From Spongospora subterranea f. sp. subterranea (taxonomy: Eukaryota), in assembly GCA_049724395.1 (NCBI GenBank), contig JAUGWO010000153.1, forward strand, positions 1-46,327: a stretch of DNA of 46,327 nt, read 5' to 3'. The translations under genes were made by a program, and so were the position numbers. This document shows positions 1-12,621 of the stretch, piece by piece; position 1 is the first letter of the stretch, and each line of letters begins with the position of its first letter. The notes beneath the pieces were generated by a model, which did not search any database, was not told where the DNA came from, and was given only the letters and a program-made list of their open reading frames with translations.

Positions 1-1
1 A

Positions 2-332
2 ACCCAGAAGTCCCATGATCGAAGCATGGCCGAGCGATTTTTTGTCTCGAACGCATATCGTAATATTCGACAAGTTATTCCATAATTTCAGGCACATCAA
101 CAGTTTCAGCAGGTTACTCATGACAAAACTGAATCAAATTCACAAGGCAAAATATGTATTTACTCGAATCAAGCAGAGACCGAACCGTGTCATTTCCCGA
201 ACAACAGACTCCAAACAAAATTGCGACAAATCTGACACTGGAAGAATCTTATTTTACAATGTATAAAACATCTATAATTTGGTTTCGAGACAAAAATCGC
301 TCGGCCATGCTTCGATCATGGGACTTCTGGGT
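2..332. mobile_element. MITE-like non-autonomous DNA element with ~50-bp terminal inverted repeats and a probable TA target duplication
   Basis: 2-51 (acccagaagtcccatgatcgaagcatggccgagcgattttttgtctcgaa) is the reverse complement of 284-332 apart from one homopolymer base. It is followed by TA at 333-334, and the base before it is A (window edge). No coding capacity was recognised. Confidence 0.8.
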
Positions 333-343
333 TATGGGCCCAG
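330..343 (+). promoter_or_regulatory. Copia primer-binding site (GGTTATGGGCCCAG, half-tRNAiMet type)
   Basis: Matches the classic copia PBS motif and lies ~135 bp upstream of gag. Confidence 0.8.
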
Positions 344-476
344 CACGCTGCCAACTGCGTCACCAAGCGCATTGACTTCTGTATCGACCGGTAGCGTGTA
401 GATTAGGACGAAAGACAAAGAAGCGTTTATAAGTTATGGAAGAAGCTTACTGCACCCAGACACAACCAACGATGCT

Positions 477-3400
477 ATGGAAACACCATACACCCACCGG
501 TTAAAAAAAGAAGTCAATCTCTCAAAACACAATTCGGGACTAAAACTAATCCCGGAATTCACCGGAAAGAACTGGGATGAGTTCCGTCGCAAGACCGAGG
601 CACAGTTCATAATTATGGGCATCGCCTCGTTCTTACATCACCCGCCAACCCGCGGCAACACGATCGAACAACGCAACGATCAACTAGCCTCTGCCCAAAT
701 CAGCATGCGACTATCACAATCGCATTACAAACAAGTATCAAGATGCACGACAACAAGCGAAATCTGGACAACGCTCCACGATATTTACGCGGAAACAGCG
801 GAATCCAAAGCAGCAAACTTATTTCTCCAATTCATTCACCACAAGAAGCAGCCGAACCAAACCATGAAGGCTACATAGACAACCTGGTAGAACTATACCA
901 CGACTTGATAGTACACAACATCGACGTTGGCGAACTAGCCCTATGCGTCAAGGCCCTTGATGGATTGCCAGATCAATACCAACAAATCAAGGCAGCCGCC
1001 AGAGCATCTCAAGTAAACTCGATCGCAAGACTAACGAATTTACTCCTGACAACAGACCTCGAATCAACGGCGCCGAAAGAGACCACCTCTCTTAACACCG
1101 AGCGAACCAAGAGGCATAAGGAAAAGTCACATAACAACAACAACAACGACAGAAGCAATAACTACAACAACGGCAAGTATTGCACACGGTGTAGACGATC
1201 GACGCATTCGAACGAAGAATGCTGGCTACTGCACCCACACCTGAAGAAGCAAAACATAACCAACCGCCGTACGAACAATACAACAACCACTGAAGACGAA
1301 AAGGAACAGGAGTTCACTGGATTTCATACGACTACCCAAAGTTTCTCCACTAAAATTGCATACCTAGTCGACAGTGGCGCTAATGCAAGCATGACGAATG
1401 ACAAGAACATCCTGCATAGCTACAAAGAATTGGAAACGCCGATTCTAGTAAGCAGTAGCAACGGCGAAAAATCGTCAGCGTGCTGACATTAAATTACTGC
1501 CCAAAAATCGTAATTCACGACGTACTATATGTTCCGAATATTACAAAGACACTGCTAGCAACCAAATCCTTTACTGATCAAGGCTTAATTGTAGTCATTA
1601 ACGACACTCTTCATATCAAGGATCAAGATGGAAAGGTTATCGTTAGGGCGCACAAGCACAACGACTTCCACTACATTGTAAATCACGTCGTTCAAGAGAC
1701 AAATGCCACAATCAGTATGGAGCTAGCGCACCGACGATTTGGACACGCATCGAACGAGAGACTGAAGCACTTACAAGAATCCACCGAAGGCGTCAAGATC
1801 ACACCGCAAGAACGACATTTCTGCGAAAGCTGTGCCCATGAAAAGTCACGGAAACAATCATTCCCAAAGGAACGCCGGACAAAACCAACAAGGGCATTTG
1901 AAATTGTTTCTTCTGACCTCAAAGGACCATTTATGGTTCCCAGCAAGGAAGGATACAGATACTATATTACATTCAACTGCTTATACTCCTCATGGACATG
2001 GGTCAAGTTTCTAAAGCACAAGAGCGCTGACGAAGTCTTGGAAGCAATGAATCTGTTCATTACCGATGCTCAAGCTGAGACGAAACTTCGCCTCACCACC
2101 TTGTTAACTGACAATGGATCCGAATATGTCAATCAACAGATGAGTGCATTTCTTTTACAAAAGAACATCAAACACCAACGCACTGTACCTCACTGTCCTC
2201 AACAGAACGGTCAAGCGGAAAGACGTAATCAGACCATCATGGGGATGACACGCTGCGCGCTGATCCAAGCCAAGATTGACCACAATTATTGGCCATTTGC
2301 AGTTCAGTACTCTACGTACACGCTGAATCGACTACCAACTCGACGTATCGAATGGGCAACCCCATACGAACTATGGATGAACGTCAAGCCCGATGCCAAG
2401 CACCTGAGACCATTCGGATGTACAACATATGCGCACATTGAATCCACTAGGCGAGACTCCCTTCAACCAACATCACTGAAATGCAAATTCTTAGGATATG
2501 CACCATACCAGAAGGGATACATACTTTGACATTCGAACACCGCTACGGTCATCGTGAGACGCGACGTGCAGTTCGACGAAGACACTATACTGGATTTGCG
2601 GCAAGAGGCGATGGATATGAATGATGGATCCGATCCACTGACCATCATCGACGATCACGGATTCGAAATTCATCACACTCTGACCGACTATCCGAAACCT
2701 TACTCGGAAGCAATGACGCGACCAGACGCACATGAATGGCAAATTGCTGCAGACAAAGAAATGGCGTCACATAAGGATAATCACACTTGGACACTCGTCG
2801 ACCGTCCACGACACGTGAAAACGATTCAAGAAAGATGGATCTTTACCAAGAAAAAGGACATCAACGATCACCTTACAGCCAAAGCTAGATTCGCCGCGAA
2901 AGGATATTCTCAAAAACATGGCATCGACTATCACGAAACCTATTCTTCGGTAGTTGCACAGACATCAGTATCCTAATCTGTCTTGCAGTCAATAATACCT
3001 GCGAGACTTTACTACAGCCTACCTAAATGCACCGTTATTGCTCCCCATTTACATCGAACAACCGGAAGGCTTTATAAAGCACGGGGACGAGCACAAGGTA
3101 TGCATGCTTAACAAAGCCCTCTATGGCTTAAAACAGGCTGGTAGAGCTTAGCAGACATCACTATTCGACCTGATCCGCAACAATGGATATACTCAATCCA
3201 TGAAAGAGCCATGTATATGGTACAAGAAGAACAAGGGAATAACCATAATCGGAACATACGTCGATGATCTAATATTAACAGGAAACGACAAGACCGAAAT
3301 CGACAACATCTCAACTATTATGGGCCACGACTTCAAAATAAAAAACTTAGGTGAACTACAAAGATTTTTCGGATTACAAGCAAGATATATAGACAAAGGG

Positions 3401-4186
3401 ATCGTCCTCACACAAATGGATTACACACTCTCTATCATATACAAATTCGGACAGGATAACTGCAAACCAGCACCAACCCCGATGTCGGAAATCTACACAC
3501 CAGTCGACGACGCGATCATCACCACATACCCGATTCGTGAAGCATTCGGAAGCCTTACGTACTTAGCAAATGCGACGAGACCTGACCTGGCATTCGCAAT
3601 CAACAACATTAGTCGACATGTCAGCAAACCCACGAAATCGTTATGGAAAGCCCTTCAAAGAATCATCAAGTATTTGAAAGGAACTCCAGATTTAGGTCTA
3701 ACATTCACACAAGGCGATCACCAACTTACAGGTTGGGCTGACAGCGATTTTGCTGGAGACATATGCGATCGCAAGTCGACCACTGGATGGATTTTTTCGA
3801 TTGGACATAACGTCATATCTTGGAAAAGCAAGAAACAATCCACAGTCACATTATCCACAACAGAAGCCGAATACATTGCAGCTTCTGATGCGACGAAGGA
3901 AGCCGTATGGTTACAAGATTTACTACATGAACTTGGAATTATTATCAAGAAACAGGCGACTCTACATCAAGATAATCAAGGTGCTATTTTCCTTGAGAAG
4001 AACACCTCCAACAAGTCGCGAACCAAACATATCGATATGCGGCATCACTTTATTCGTGATAAGACACAGGAAGGGCGGATCAATGTTATCTATTGTCCAA
4101 CCGAGCATATGTTAGCAGACATCCTCACGAAGCCACTCTCAAATCAACTGTTCGAAAAGCATCGCAATAAGTTGATGAAAAAGTGA
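477..4186 (+). pseudogene. Copia gag-pol polyprotein, broken by frameshifts and stops
   Basis: Gag with zinc knuckle CTRCRRSTHSNEEC; protease LVDSGA; integrase HHCC plus SSDLKGP / TDNGSEY / QNGQAER; RT KARFAAKGYSQ and YVDDL; RNase H WADSDFAGD...KHIDMRHHF...ADILTKPL. Split over ORFs 477, 743, 1480, 2554 and 3200. Confidence 0.95.
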
Positions 4187-4229
4187 GAACTACCACAATG
4201 ACAGACAATGACTATTCAGCGAAGGGGCG

Positions 4230-4304
4230 TATTAGTACAGTCGGACCTAGATATTATTATTCGTTCCCTAATACAGTCCACTCACTTCTTCTATTGAACT
4301 AACA
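4230..4304 (+). repeat. Candidate 3' LTR of the Copia, about 75 bp
   Basis: Starts right after the PPT with tattag and ends ctaaca, an inverted pair with one mismatch from tgttag. Confidence 0.55.
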
Positions 4305-4380
4305 ACCGGTGAACCTGTCGTTAATTTGCTCACAGATGTGTAATGGGGTTACGGCAGCATCTTCAACTTGTTGAAGGCTA

Positions 4381-6137
4381 CTCCCCATAAAAAGGTTTTG
4401 AAAGGGACATTTTTTTTTGTCCCAGAAAAAGGTTTTTCGAAACGAATTTATTGGTGAACATATCCAGTCACATCGAGTCAAACGATTGAGGAAGTTGTAT
4501 CCTCTCGACAACGACGCTTTTTCCAAATGCGGGACTTTATATTTGTTGTTGCCTTGACCTTTTCTTTATTTCGATCATACATCCTTGTAAGGTTAGGAAC
4601 CCTTTATTCAGGGCAACAGGCTCAAAATTACTGAACGCTTCTTCTGTAGCCAGAAAAAGTTCGTCGATATTGCGTTCGCGGTAGTTGATGATGCAGACTT
4701 TTGTATGGATCGAAAAAATCTTAAGTCGAGTACGTTAAGGTCGGGACTATTTGCGGGTTGGTGACACAGCTGGATTAGGTAATCCTGGCCCTTCGATGCT
4801 TCCTTGATAATCGGGTCCTTGCAGTATCCTGCTGCACATAGATTCTGCTTTGTGTTTGACCAGTCCCTCTTCTAGACCACTTTTCGTGTATTGCTGGAAA
4901 TACTCGAGATAAGCATATTACGGATTTCTGGCTTTCCAGCTGAATGTGCATGCTTTTGTCTCCATTGTTCCTGCTGCTTTTTCTTTTTGCAAGCTCTTTG
5001 TATACCAATGGCCAGATTCCGATGCTTCCGCCGAACACTTGGTTGGACCTCGTATCGTACCATGACCTTGATACCGCCGCTAGAAACATCACCTTTGTGA
5101 TGAATCTCTTACTTTTTGCTGTACGAGGAGGAGGGTCTTCACCTATCGCCAAGTGGTACCTTTGGTTAGTTTTGATCAGGTAAAACCACTTTTCGTCTAT
5201 GTGAACAGTATTCATCATGAGGTCAAAACTGTAATCATTGTTCGATGGATTCACGTCGAGATGAGAGATGCAAAAATTGAATTTGTTCGAGTTTGCTCCG
5301 CTCTTGTCAAATAGGGTTGGGGCTTCATCAATCCTCCTTCCTTGATACGGCGATGCAAAGTGCTTTTGGAAACATTCAAGTAATACGCCATCGAGCGAAT
5401 ATTTTGGGGCAATGTCAACGGGATAGTAATGATTGCCTTAAGATCCAAAGTAACTGCCTTCTTACGTCCGGACCTGCCAACAAATCTAGCTGCTGTATCA
5501 GGTATCAACCTCCCTTCTGGTATTAATTGACAGCCAACGATTGTAGATTTTTCTGATTGAGGTTTCACTCACTTTGAATCTTGTTGCAGCGGCGGAAATG
5601 GTTCCTATCATCAACTTATCTGACACATCCGGATTCTTCCTTCTGGGCACTGGGAAATCAAAAATGGCACGGCGCTCATCATCGCTCAGCTTCTTTTTCC
5701 GCAGTTCGACCTCAGAGGCAACCATTGTTAACAATGGTCTACACCCAAATCTACATGCGAAATGTGATCCTGAGTTAGGTCCCATAATGGCGATTGCCTC
5801 ATTTACCAATGGGTATATCCTGGATGGCCCTTCTTAACACTGCCCTACAGCACTTGAACTTGTTGGCAATTTTTAACAAAAAAATTATAGTCGGATTCTA
5901 CGCCAATTTGCCTATCTACGATTACCAATAATATCCCTGTAGCCGTTAACTTGTCGAACTATTGGCGAGTTCATTGTCCTTCTTGGCTGAAGTACAAATC
6001 GAATCTTTCGCCATGAATTACGCAATATAAACAAAATTCAAAAAAATTCCGGTTGGCACTTTACATCTGGTTGTCAGGCATGCGGGTTATGCAGCTTAGA
6101 GATGAAATCTGAAACCTTTTTATGGGACGGAACGAGC
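4381..6137 (-). mobile_element. Tc1/mariner element of the plant/oomycete DD39D (Stowaway-parent) type, degraded
   Basis: Transposase motifs HIDEKWF, KSKRFITKVMFLAAV, YVQQDTA and QPANSPDLNVLDLRFFRSIQ across frameshifts. Degenerate TIRs: tactccccataaaaaggttt (~4379) and aaacctttttatgggacggaacgag (~6112-6137). Confidence 0.85.
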
Positions 6138-6329
6138 ATTGATTAGTCGAAGATTATAAAGCGGATCCTGAGTAGATCCGACAATGGGGTCGCAAGTTAC
6201 AGTGTAATTTTGAACGTGGTAGAAGCGCTTGTAGTTTCTTCACTTTGCGCCCGTTGATGTATATTCATCTTTCCGTTTGGCAGCACATATCTTGCAAAAC
6301 TCAAGGATGATATTGTTACGTGTGGTTTG

Positions 6330-6520
6330 TAAATAGAGACGCCCAGGAAAGATTTCAAAGAAGTGGGAGACCATTAGCAGGAAAGTATTGTTGTGTCCTG
6401 AACTAAATTACTAATTGCTTCAATAGGGTTTTACATCGGGTGACCGACGCGATTTGCGATTTAGCACCAAAGTTTATCAACCTACCTGGCAATGAAGTAA
6501 GATCAGATGCAATCCCACAC
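6330..6520 (+). pseudogene. PIF/Harbinger transposase fragment
   Basis: Manual translation NRDAQERFQRSG(frameshift)TISRK, then a putative intron, then VLHRVTDAICDLAPKFINLP. This matches the PIF motif ERFQRSGETISR. Confidence 0.65.
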
Positions 6521-6603
6521 TGTACCCATGTTTTCAAATTGTCGAATGGCTTTGAAAGGAACTCACATTCCTGCCTTTGTTCCGGCTGCATCTGCAGGAC
6601 CGT

Positions 6604-7124
6604 AACTCCCGTGACGAGAGGATGGACGATTTTCTGACGTTGAAGGGTGCGATTTTGAAAGTTTTGGAGCTGCGAGGTAAGGAGCGGACGAGAGTGGACG
6701 TGATTGCTGTTGGGTGGTTGTCAACATGTGTGCGAGGCTGGGCTGCCATGCAGTGTCTGATGAGGTCGCAGGAGCAGCTGTGGCGTCAACAGATTTGTGA
6801 AGTCGTAGTCGTCCGCGCTCCAGTTTTGGAACCCTCCCAGTCGGACAAACAAGCAATGGGCCAGGTCTGTCCTCATCACCAATGTTTTGTTGCCATTCCC
6901 CATCCGAGTTTTCGATATGCGCATGTTGGACCAGGCTGCCCAGTGTTCATCGGTAGATCGTGCGTCCTGCGAAATCATCAGACACTGCATGGCAGCCCAG
7001 CCTCGCACACATGTTGACAACCACCCAACAGCAGCCACGTCCACTCCTTTCCCTCACAGCTCCAAACTTTCAAGGACCACACTCTCCAACATCAGAAATC
7101 GTCCGTCCTCTCGTCACGGAAGTT
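6604..7124. repeat. Inverted repeat (fold-back), arms 6604-6773 and 6965-7124
   Basis: 59-bp perfect core (6705-6763 vs ~6975-7033) with diverged outer arms. The peptide VGWLSTCVRGWAAMQCLM appears on both strands in the ORF track. Confidence 0.95.
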
Positions 7125-7500
7125 GAGCAGTTGCTGGCCGCCATCTTAAAAATGCTACCGAGGTGCACGTCTGACCATAACCGATGCCATCCAGAATAGC
7201 CAGCGGATATTGATATATTCCCATACGAGATCTTGTTTGTGTTGCGTCTCGCCACCGACAATGCGGGCTGCCTTGGAAAGACATGCGTCGAAGTCTGCGC
7301 GCGCGAAACATCTACGATGGTGGTGAATTTATGCATAGAGCGGTATTCGTTGAAAACCCTTACGCAAGCATAACAACCGCTCCAAGCCAGATACGATTGA
7401 ATCATAGCGCCAGGTGTCCTAATAGATGACCTTATGTATGTCGTCTTAACTCATCTCCAGTACTCGGGCATCCGCGAAACAAGGCAGAATAGCCGTCGCA

Positions 7501-8390
7501 TAACAACATTTCAAACATTATGGGCCACAACTTTATTATGAAACACCTAGGTGAACTACAAAGACTTCTCGGATTACAAACAGGATATTTAGACAAAGGC
7601 ATCGTCCTCACACAAACGGAGTACACGCTCTGTATAATATCAAATTCGGACAGGATACCAGCCATCAACCCCGGTACCGGAAACCTACACGCCTGATGAC
7701 GACGCTGTCATCACCAGATATCCAATTCGTGAAGCAACTGGAAGTTTTACCTCCCTGGCAAACGCGACGAGACCCGATTCGGCATACAACATTAGCGCCA
7801 TGTCACCAAGCCCTCGAAAGGATAGCACATTCAAAGAATCATCAATTATTCGAAAGGAACTCCTGATTTAGGTCTAACCCTTACCAGAGAGATCACCAAC
7901 TTACAGGATGGGCGGACTCCGAATTTGTTGGAGACAGAAGTGATCGTAAGTCGACTACTGGATGGATATTTTCAACTGGAACTGGACATAACGTCATCTT
8001 TTGGAAAAGCAAGAAACAAACTACAGTTACTTCATCCACAACAGAAGCCGAATACACTGCAGCTTCCATTGCGACGAAGGAAGCTATATGCTTACAAGCT
8101 ATGAACTTGGGATAATTGCATGAAGTACGCGACTTTGCATCAAGATAACCAAGGTGCAATTATCCTTGAAATTAATACTTCTAACATGTCGCGGACCAAG
8201 CATATAGACGTGAGACATCATTTCATTTGTAAGAAGACACAAGAAGGACGGATCAATATTGTATATTGTCCAACCGAGCTCATGATTGCAGACATCTTAC
8301 AGAACCACTCTCACATCCACTCTTCGTAAAACATCGCACTACATTAATGGACAAGAGATGTGCAACAGGAACTACCACAGTGACTATTCA
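7501..8390 (+). mobile_element. Second, degraded Copia RT/RNase H fragment related to 3300-4215
   Basis: Colinear nucleotide similarity (attatgggccac, gatcaccaacttacagg, acagaagccgaatac); ATLHQDNQGAI...KHIDVRHHF. Confidence 0.9.
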
Positions 8391-8509
8391 GTGTTGGTAT
8401 GAAAATCCGTTATTCAGATGGCGCGATTCGATTATCGCAGGAAACATATATTTTGAGAGGTCGTTAAGCGGTTTAAACAGGAAAATTGTAAACCTGCCAC
8501 TACTCCAAT

Positions 8510-8605
8510 AACAGGACCGTACGAGCGAAATGACAATGAGGAAATTACGAATCAATACCCGATACGAGAAACTATTGGGAGGTTATCCTACCTTGCAGAA
8601 CGGTA
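8510..8605 (+). mobile_element. Small Copia RT fragment
   Basis: Translates EITNQYPIRETIGRLSYLAE, similar to ITTYPIREAFGSLTYLAN in the first Copia. Confidence 0.6.
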
Positions 8606-8761
8606 TAATGATGGCCTACTGCTCCGCCTATATTTTTTCATTATGTGCCCTTCCACATTCTCGATGGGGTGAACAACGTAGTCAGACAAGAGGTTGTCTG
8701 CGTTGAAGGGCGACCCTTACGAAATTAAGAAAAAAGACCTCGAAAAAAGTACGATGATGAA

Positions 8762-9266
8762 GTCTTCATCGGTCCTCATCACGTAATACTGAACCTAATC
8801 AAGAATCTGGAAAATCAACCAATGGATGACCAGCAAATGATAATCGGGTATATCCCCCAGGCGTGGGATATTCCTCTTGGCTGCGTCTGTTAACGATCAG
8901 TCATGCACATGCCATATTTAACTTGATCGTTGTTAATCCGACCGCGAAGGGCGTTCACAAACTATTTTTGTCAAATATATGTCAACTACTTTCCATATTT
9001 ATAGTTCAATCCATAAATGTATTAATCAAAACCCAATAAGTCAAGAGAAATATCCCACGCCTGGAACATGATACCCGATTAGATTCATTTGTTGGTCATC
9101 CTCTTCATAAAGTTTGCTTTCCAGCTTCTTGATTAGGTTCAGCATTACGTGATGAGGGCCGAAGACACGATCAGTCAGGCACATGACGTATTGGTTTTTG
9201 GAAAGTAGTTATATTGAAAAGAATGGTTTGTGAACGGCCCATCGCGGTCTGATCCACAACCATCAA
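8762..9266. repeat. Interleaved inverted/direct repeat structure A-B-C...A'-B-C'
   Basis: A 8762-8882 is the reverse complement of 9039-9166. B acgatcagtca(t/g)gcacatg is direct at 8893 and 9167. C 8923-8995 is the reverse complement of 9199-9266. All pairs are imperfect. Confidence 0.85.
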
Positions 9267-9779
9267 TCGATAGATGTATTATTACGAACGTCCAATATGG
9301 CATGTGCATCACTAATCGTAAAAAATGTAATTAGTAGATTTATTGATTGTACTTCCAGTATTTTTGTGTTTATGACTAATCTTAAAAAAATGGAACCCCC
9401 GCTGGCAGCTACATACAACTTCAGCTGTACCCAATTATGATTGTGTGCCAGTGCGGGTTCAAAAGGAATGAGTCTATTCCATTGCGGTTTTGACATCCCA
9501 CATCCTTCGAAATTATATTTACGAATTTGAAACTGACTAATGCATTGTGGTTGTGGTCGCGTACAATACTCTAACAAGACGAGTTCGACAAAGTCCAAGC
9601 TCGTATCGGTGTATGTGGTATGAGAATGACATCACAGATGGCAACTCTCCCACTATGGCACTGGCAGCTCCTTTGCCATCCATCTGTGTCTGGCAGAATC
9701 GCCGCGGACCGCTTTTGAAATTTCTCGGAAAAAATCAACCCAGCACGCGTCCTCGAAAATTCACAGACAACGTCCATCG

Positions 9780-11143
9780 ATGCGCTTTCTAACGCATCTC
9801 CTGAAGTTGAAATCCAGGGCGCGCTTCTCGCTTTTGGTGATGACCGGCGCTAATCTATCGTCATTCGTGGGGAAAGATGACGTCGCTTATTGCCGATGCC
9901 ATCGCCACGGAACCGAATACAGAACTCAGATTGCTTTGGCTGAGGCCGACAATACTGTTCGCTTTGACCAGGAGCTGCAATTCGACGTCACGCTATACCA
10001 CGACAACGGCGCGGCAGAGTTCGATGAAAAATCGTTTTCCATCACGATTGTCAACGAAACCCGTGATAAAACCATGGCGTGCATGGTGGATTTTGCCTCA
10101 ATGCTGACTCCAGAGCTAGATCCGGCCACGGTGGTTGAGCGATCTCGTGTCCTGTCATTGCGATCTGGCAAGCCCAACGATACCATTCGCCTTAGGGACG
10201 AGGTTAACACTGAACATCTAAATTTTCTAGCTTATCTGTGTGCGGATTTCACATTCTACACTTGATACGGTTATGATTATTTTCATTGTTAACATTTTTC
10301 AATACGCGGGAATTGAAGAGAATCTATCACTTAAGAATGTTGAGTGAATAGATGTTGTGTTGCGCAAACTGTTCACAATTTTCTGACATTGATTGGGTAT
10401 GTTTCCTGTATTCATTGCAAGTAGGTTCCATTGTCATCAGGCGTCATCTTTTCTGTTTTTGGCTTCAAGTGGTTGCCTTAGAGAATTCTTTCCGGGTCTT
10501 TGTTTGGCAAATGGATGACCTAATATGTTGCATCTGATCATAGGAATCAACTGTTCCAGTTGGTAATGGACCTGAATTACGAATCGCCCTACGTGCAGCT
10601 CTATCCGATGGTCTACCGCGTCAAGCACATTTGAGTCATGTCAATTCGCAAACGATGTCAGCTGGTAAGGCAGCTACTCGGACATCTTTGGTATTGTCGG
10701 CGCCACGTGCACAGCGTCAAGTCAATAGTTTCAGTGGACAGCGGGTCGGTGGCGATGCCACAAAAGTCTCCCGACCAGAGCTCGACATGACCGTATTCGA
10801 CACCGTCAACCCCCCAGTCCCTACACAGACAATCGCCGCTGAGAACGTGGAGGTCGGGAGAAACATCGAAGTGAATGATTTCGTGGAATTGCCGACAATG
10901 AAGGTGTATAACACGATGATGATGAACAACTCATATGATGATAGGGGGCAGCAGTTGGCCCCAGATTCATTTGAAAGAATCACCGATAAGTCGGACGATG
11001 AGGACGGTTTTGTCGCCGCAAGTGTTGGCCTTGATAAGGCGATCGCCATGATCTCAGCCGGTGGCATATCTCCACCCATATCTAATGACCCATATAAGCC
11101 TATGGGTTTCAGGGCAACTCATCGTGCCACTATCCATCAATAA
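9780..11143 (+). CDS. NT-C2 (EEIG1/EHBP1-type N-terminal C2) domain protein; exons 9780-10202 and 10544-11143
   Basis: VRFDQELQFDVTLYHD...FDEKSFSITIVNE...VDFASM fits the NT-C2 pattern. A phase-0 GT-AG intron joins the two ORFs in frame. Confidence 0.75.
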
Positions 11144-11755
11144 TCGACGTTTGACTAGCTTTGTGTGTGAGCAATTGTAGAATAGCACCGTATCGTCTTG
11201 ACTGGACAGCCATGAACGGGTTCACCATAGCGTATCACTGATATAGATCATTTTGACTGCCTAGGCGTAATTATCAATTACATATGTCAGGGGGGCTGTA
11301 CGAGAATATCTGTGCCCTTAACAACTACCGCCATTATAGTTGCAACCAATCGTTGATTTTGTAAGCGTTGGTGTGGGTTTATTAAGAGCTATATCGTATG
11401 CTGGGGTGTTGGCCAGATGTTTATTGATTCCGCAACCCTTATACCATCAATACACGGAGAAAGCCATTTTCACAAAGTGTCGAAATGCCCAATTGTGTTT
11501 TGATATTTTATTGTTCAATGTTGACATCCGACTGTTCATCAAAAACCTCTCAAAAGACTCGCAGATAACCTCCCACCGGTTCAACAAACCATCTGCTCTG
11601 CACATTCCACACCAGAATCCGGAAACGTGAAGGAGGGTTTGACTGCACAAGTCGAGAGTCCAGTGGGTGACAGACGGTGGGCGGTTGTGGCGCATAAATC
11701 ATGACTCTTCTCGACTCCAACCCTGCGACAGGATCAAAATTATCAAGTCCTCGTC

Positions 11756-12621
11756 ATGACGTTAGGGGATATGACGCTTCTTGAGGCATTTGCTCGCCAT
11801 AAACATGTCGATTTGGGATTGACAGATGTACGGATTGCCCCCGGTACTAGCTGCATCATCTCGGCACCTGCCCACTGCCTTAAAACCGAACTCCTTTATC
11901 ACATTGCGATAACTGTGGCCGCAAAGGCATCAAGCGTTAAGACTGGCGTGTTATGGCTAGACGCCGATGGGAAGTTCAACGTCCGTCGATTTTCCGAAAT
12001 CTGCCAAACCCGTCACCAGAGGTCGTGGACAACAATATTGGACAAGGTATCGGTGGCACGAGTGCGTTCGGCCTCAGAGGCTGCACAAACTCTTCACGGC
12101 CTGGATCCTGCCCAGCTTATCATCATAATTGATGGCACTGATTCCTGGGTGCATCTCGCTTGCAAACCCAGTTGCAGTCGGTTGCGCCAAATCTTATCTG
12201 AGGTGATCTGTCGTTATTTTGGTCCTTGAACTGTTCATGAATTTTCCTAACTTTGAAATTTTGAACTGCATATTCGTGATTGATTGATTCTTACTTTTTT
12301 ATTGGATTTTCAAACTGCATTATCACTGGTTCCGCATAAACCCAGTTATTGTTGAGATGATTCCAGATGTTTCCATGTCCTAATTCGTCAGTTTAGGTGT
12401 GTAGAGGCGGGGCGATACTGTTGATCACAATCAGCGATTCAGCTGGCCTACATGGTCACTCACCATGGCGCAATTGCTCACCAGTCTCAATGACAATGAC
12501 GATCGCCCAGCAATTGATCACGTCATCGTTCACAGTTACTGTTCATGGTGCAGGTATCAGCTGCAAACGGAGTCTCTCTCTATCGTGCGATGATTTTGGC
12601 GTCAGTGTCTTGCCATCTTGA
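11756..12621 (+). CDS. RAD51 paralogue, XRCC2-like; exons 11756-12202 and 12397-12621
   Basis: Degenerate Walker A ISAPAHCLKTELLYHIA, GVLWLDADGKFNVRRF, Walker B LIIIIDG, and an in-frame GT-AG intron. Confidence 0.75.

Larger units (their letters stand above)
330..4304 (+). mobile_element. Ty1/Copia LTR retrotransposon, degraded; 5' LTR lies outside the window
   Basis: PBS at 330, domain order gag-PR-IN-RT-RH, polypurine tract gcgaaggggcg at 4219-4229, then a candidate 3' LTR. Confidence 0.95.
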
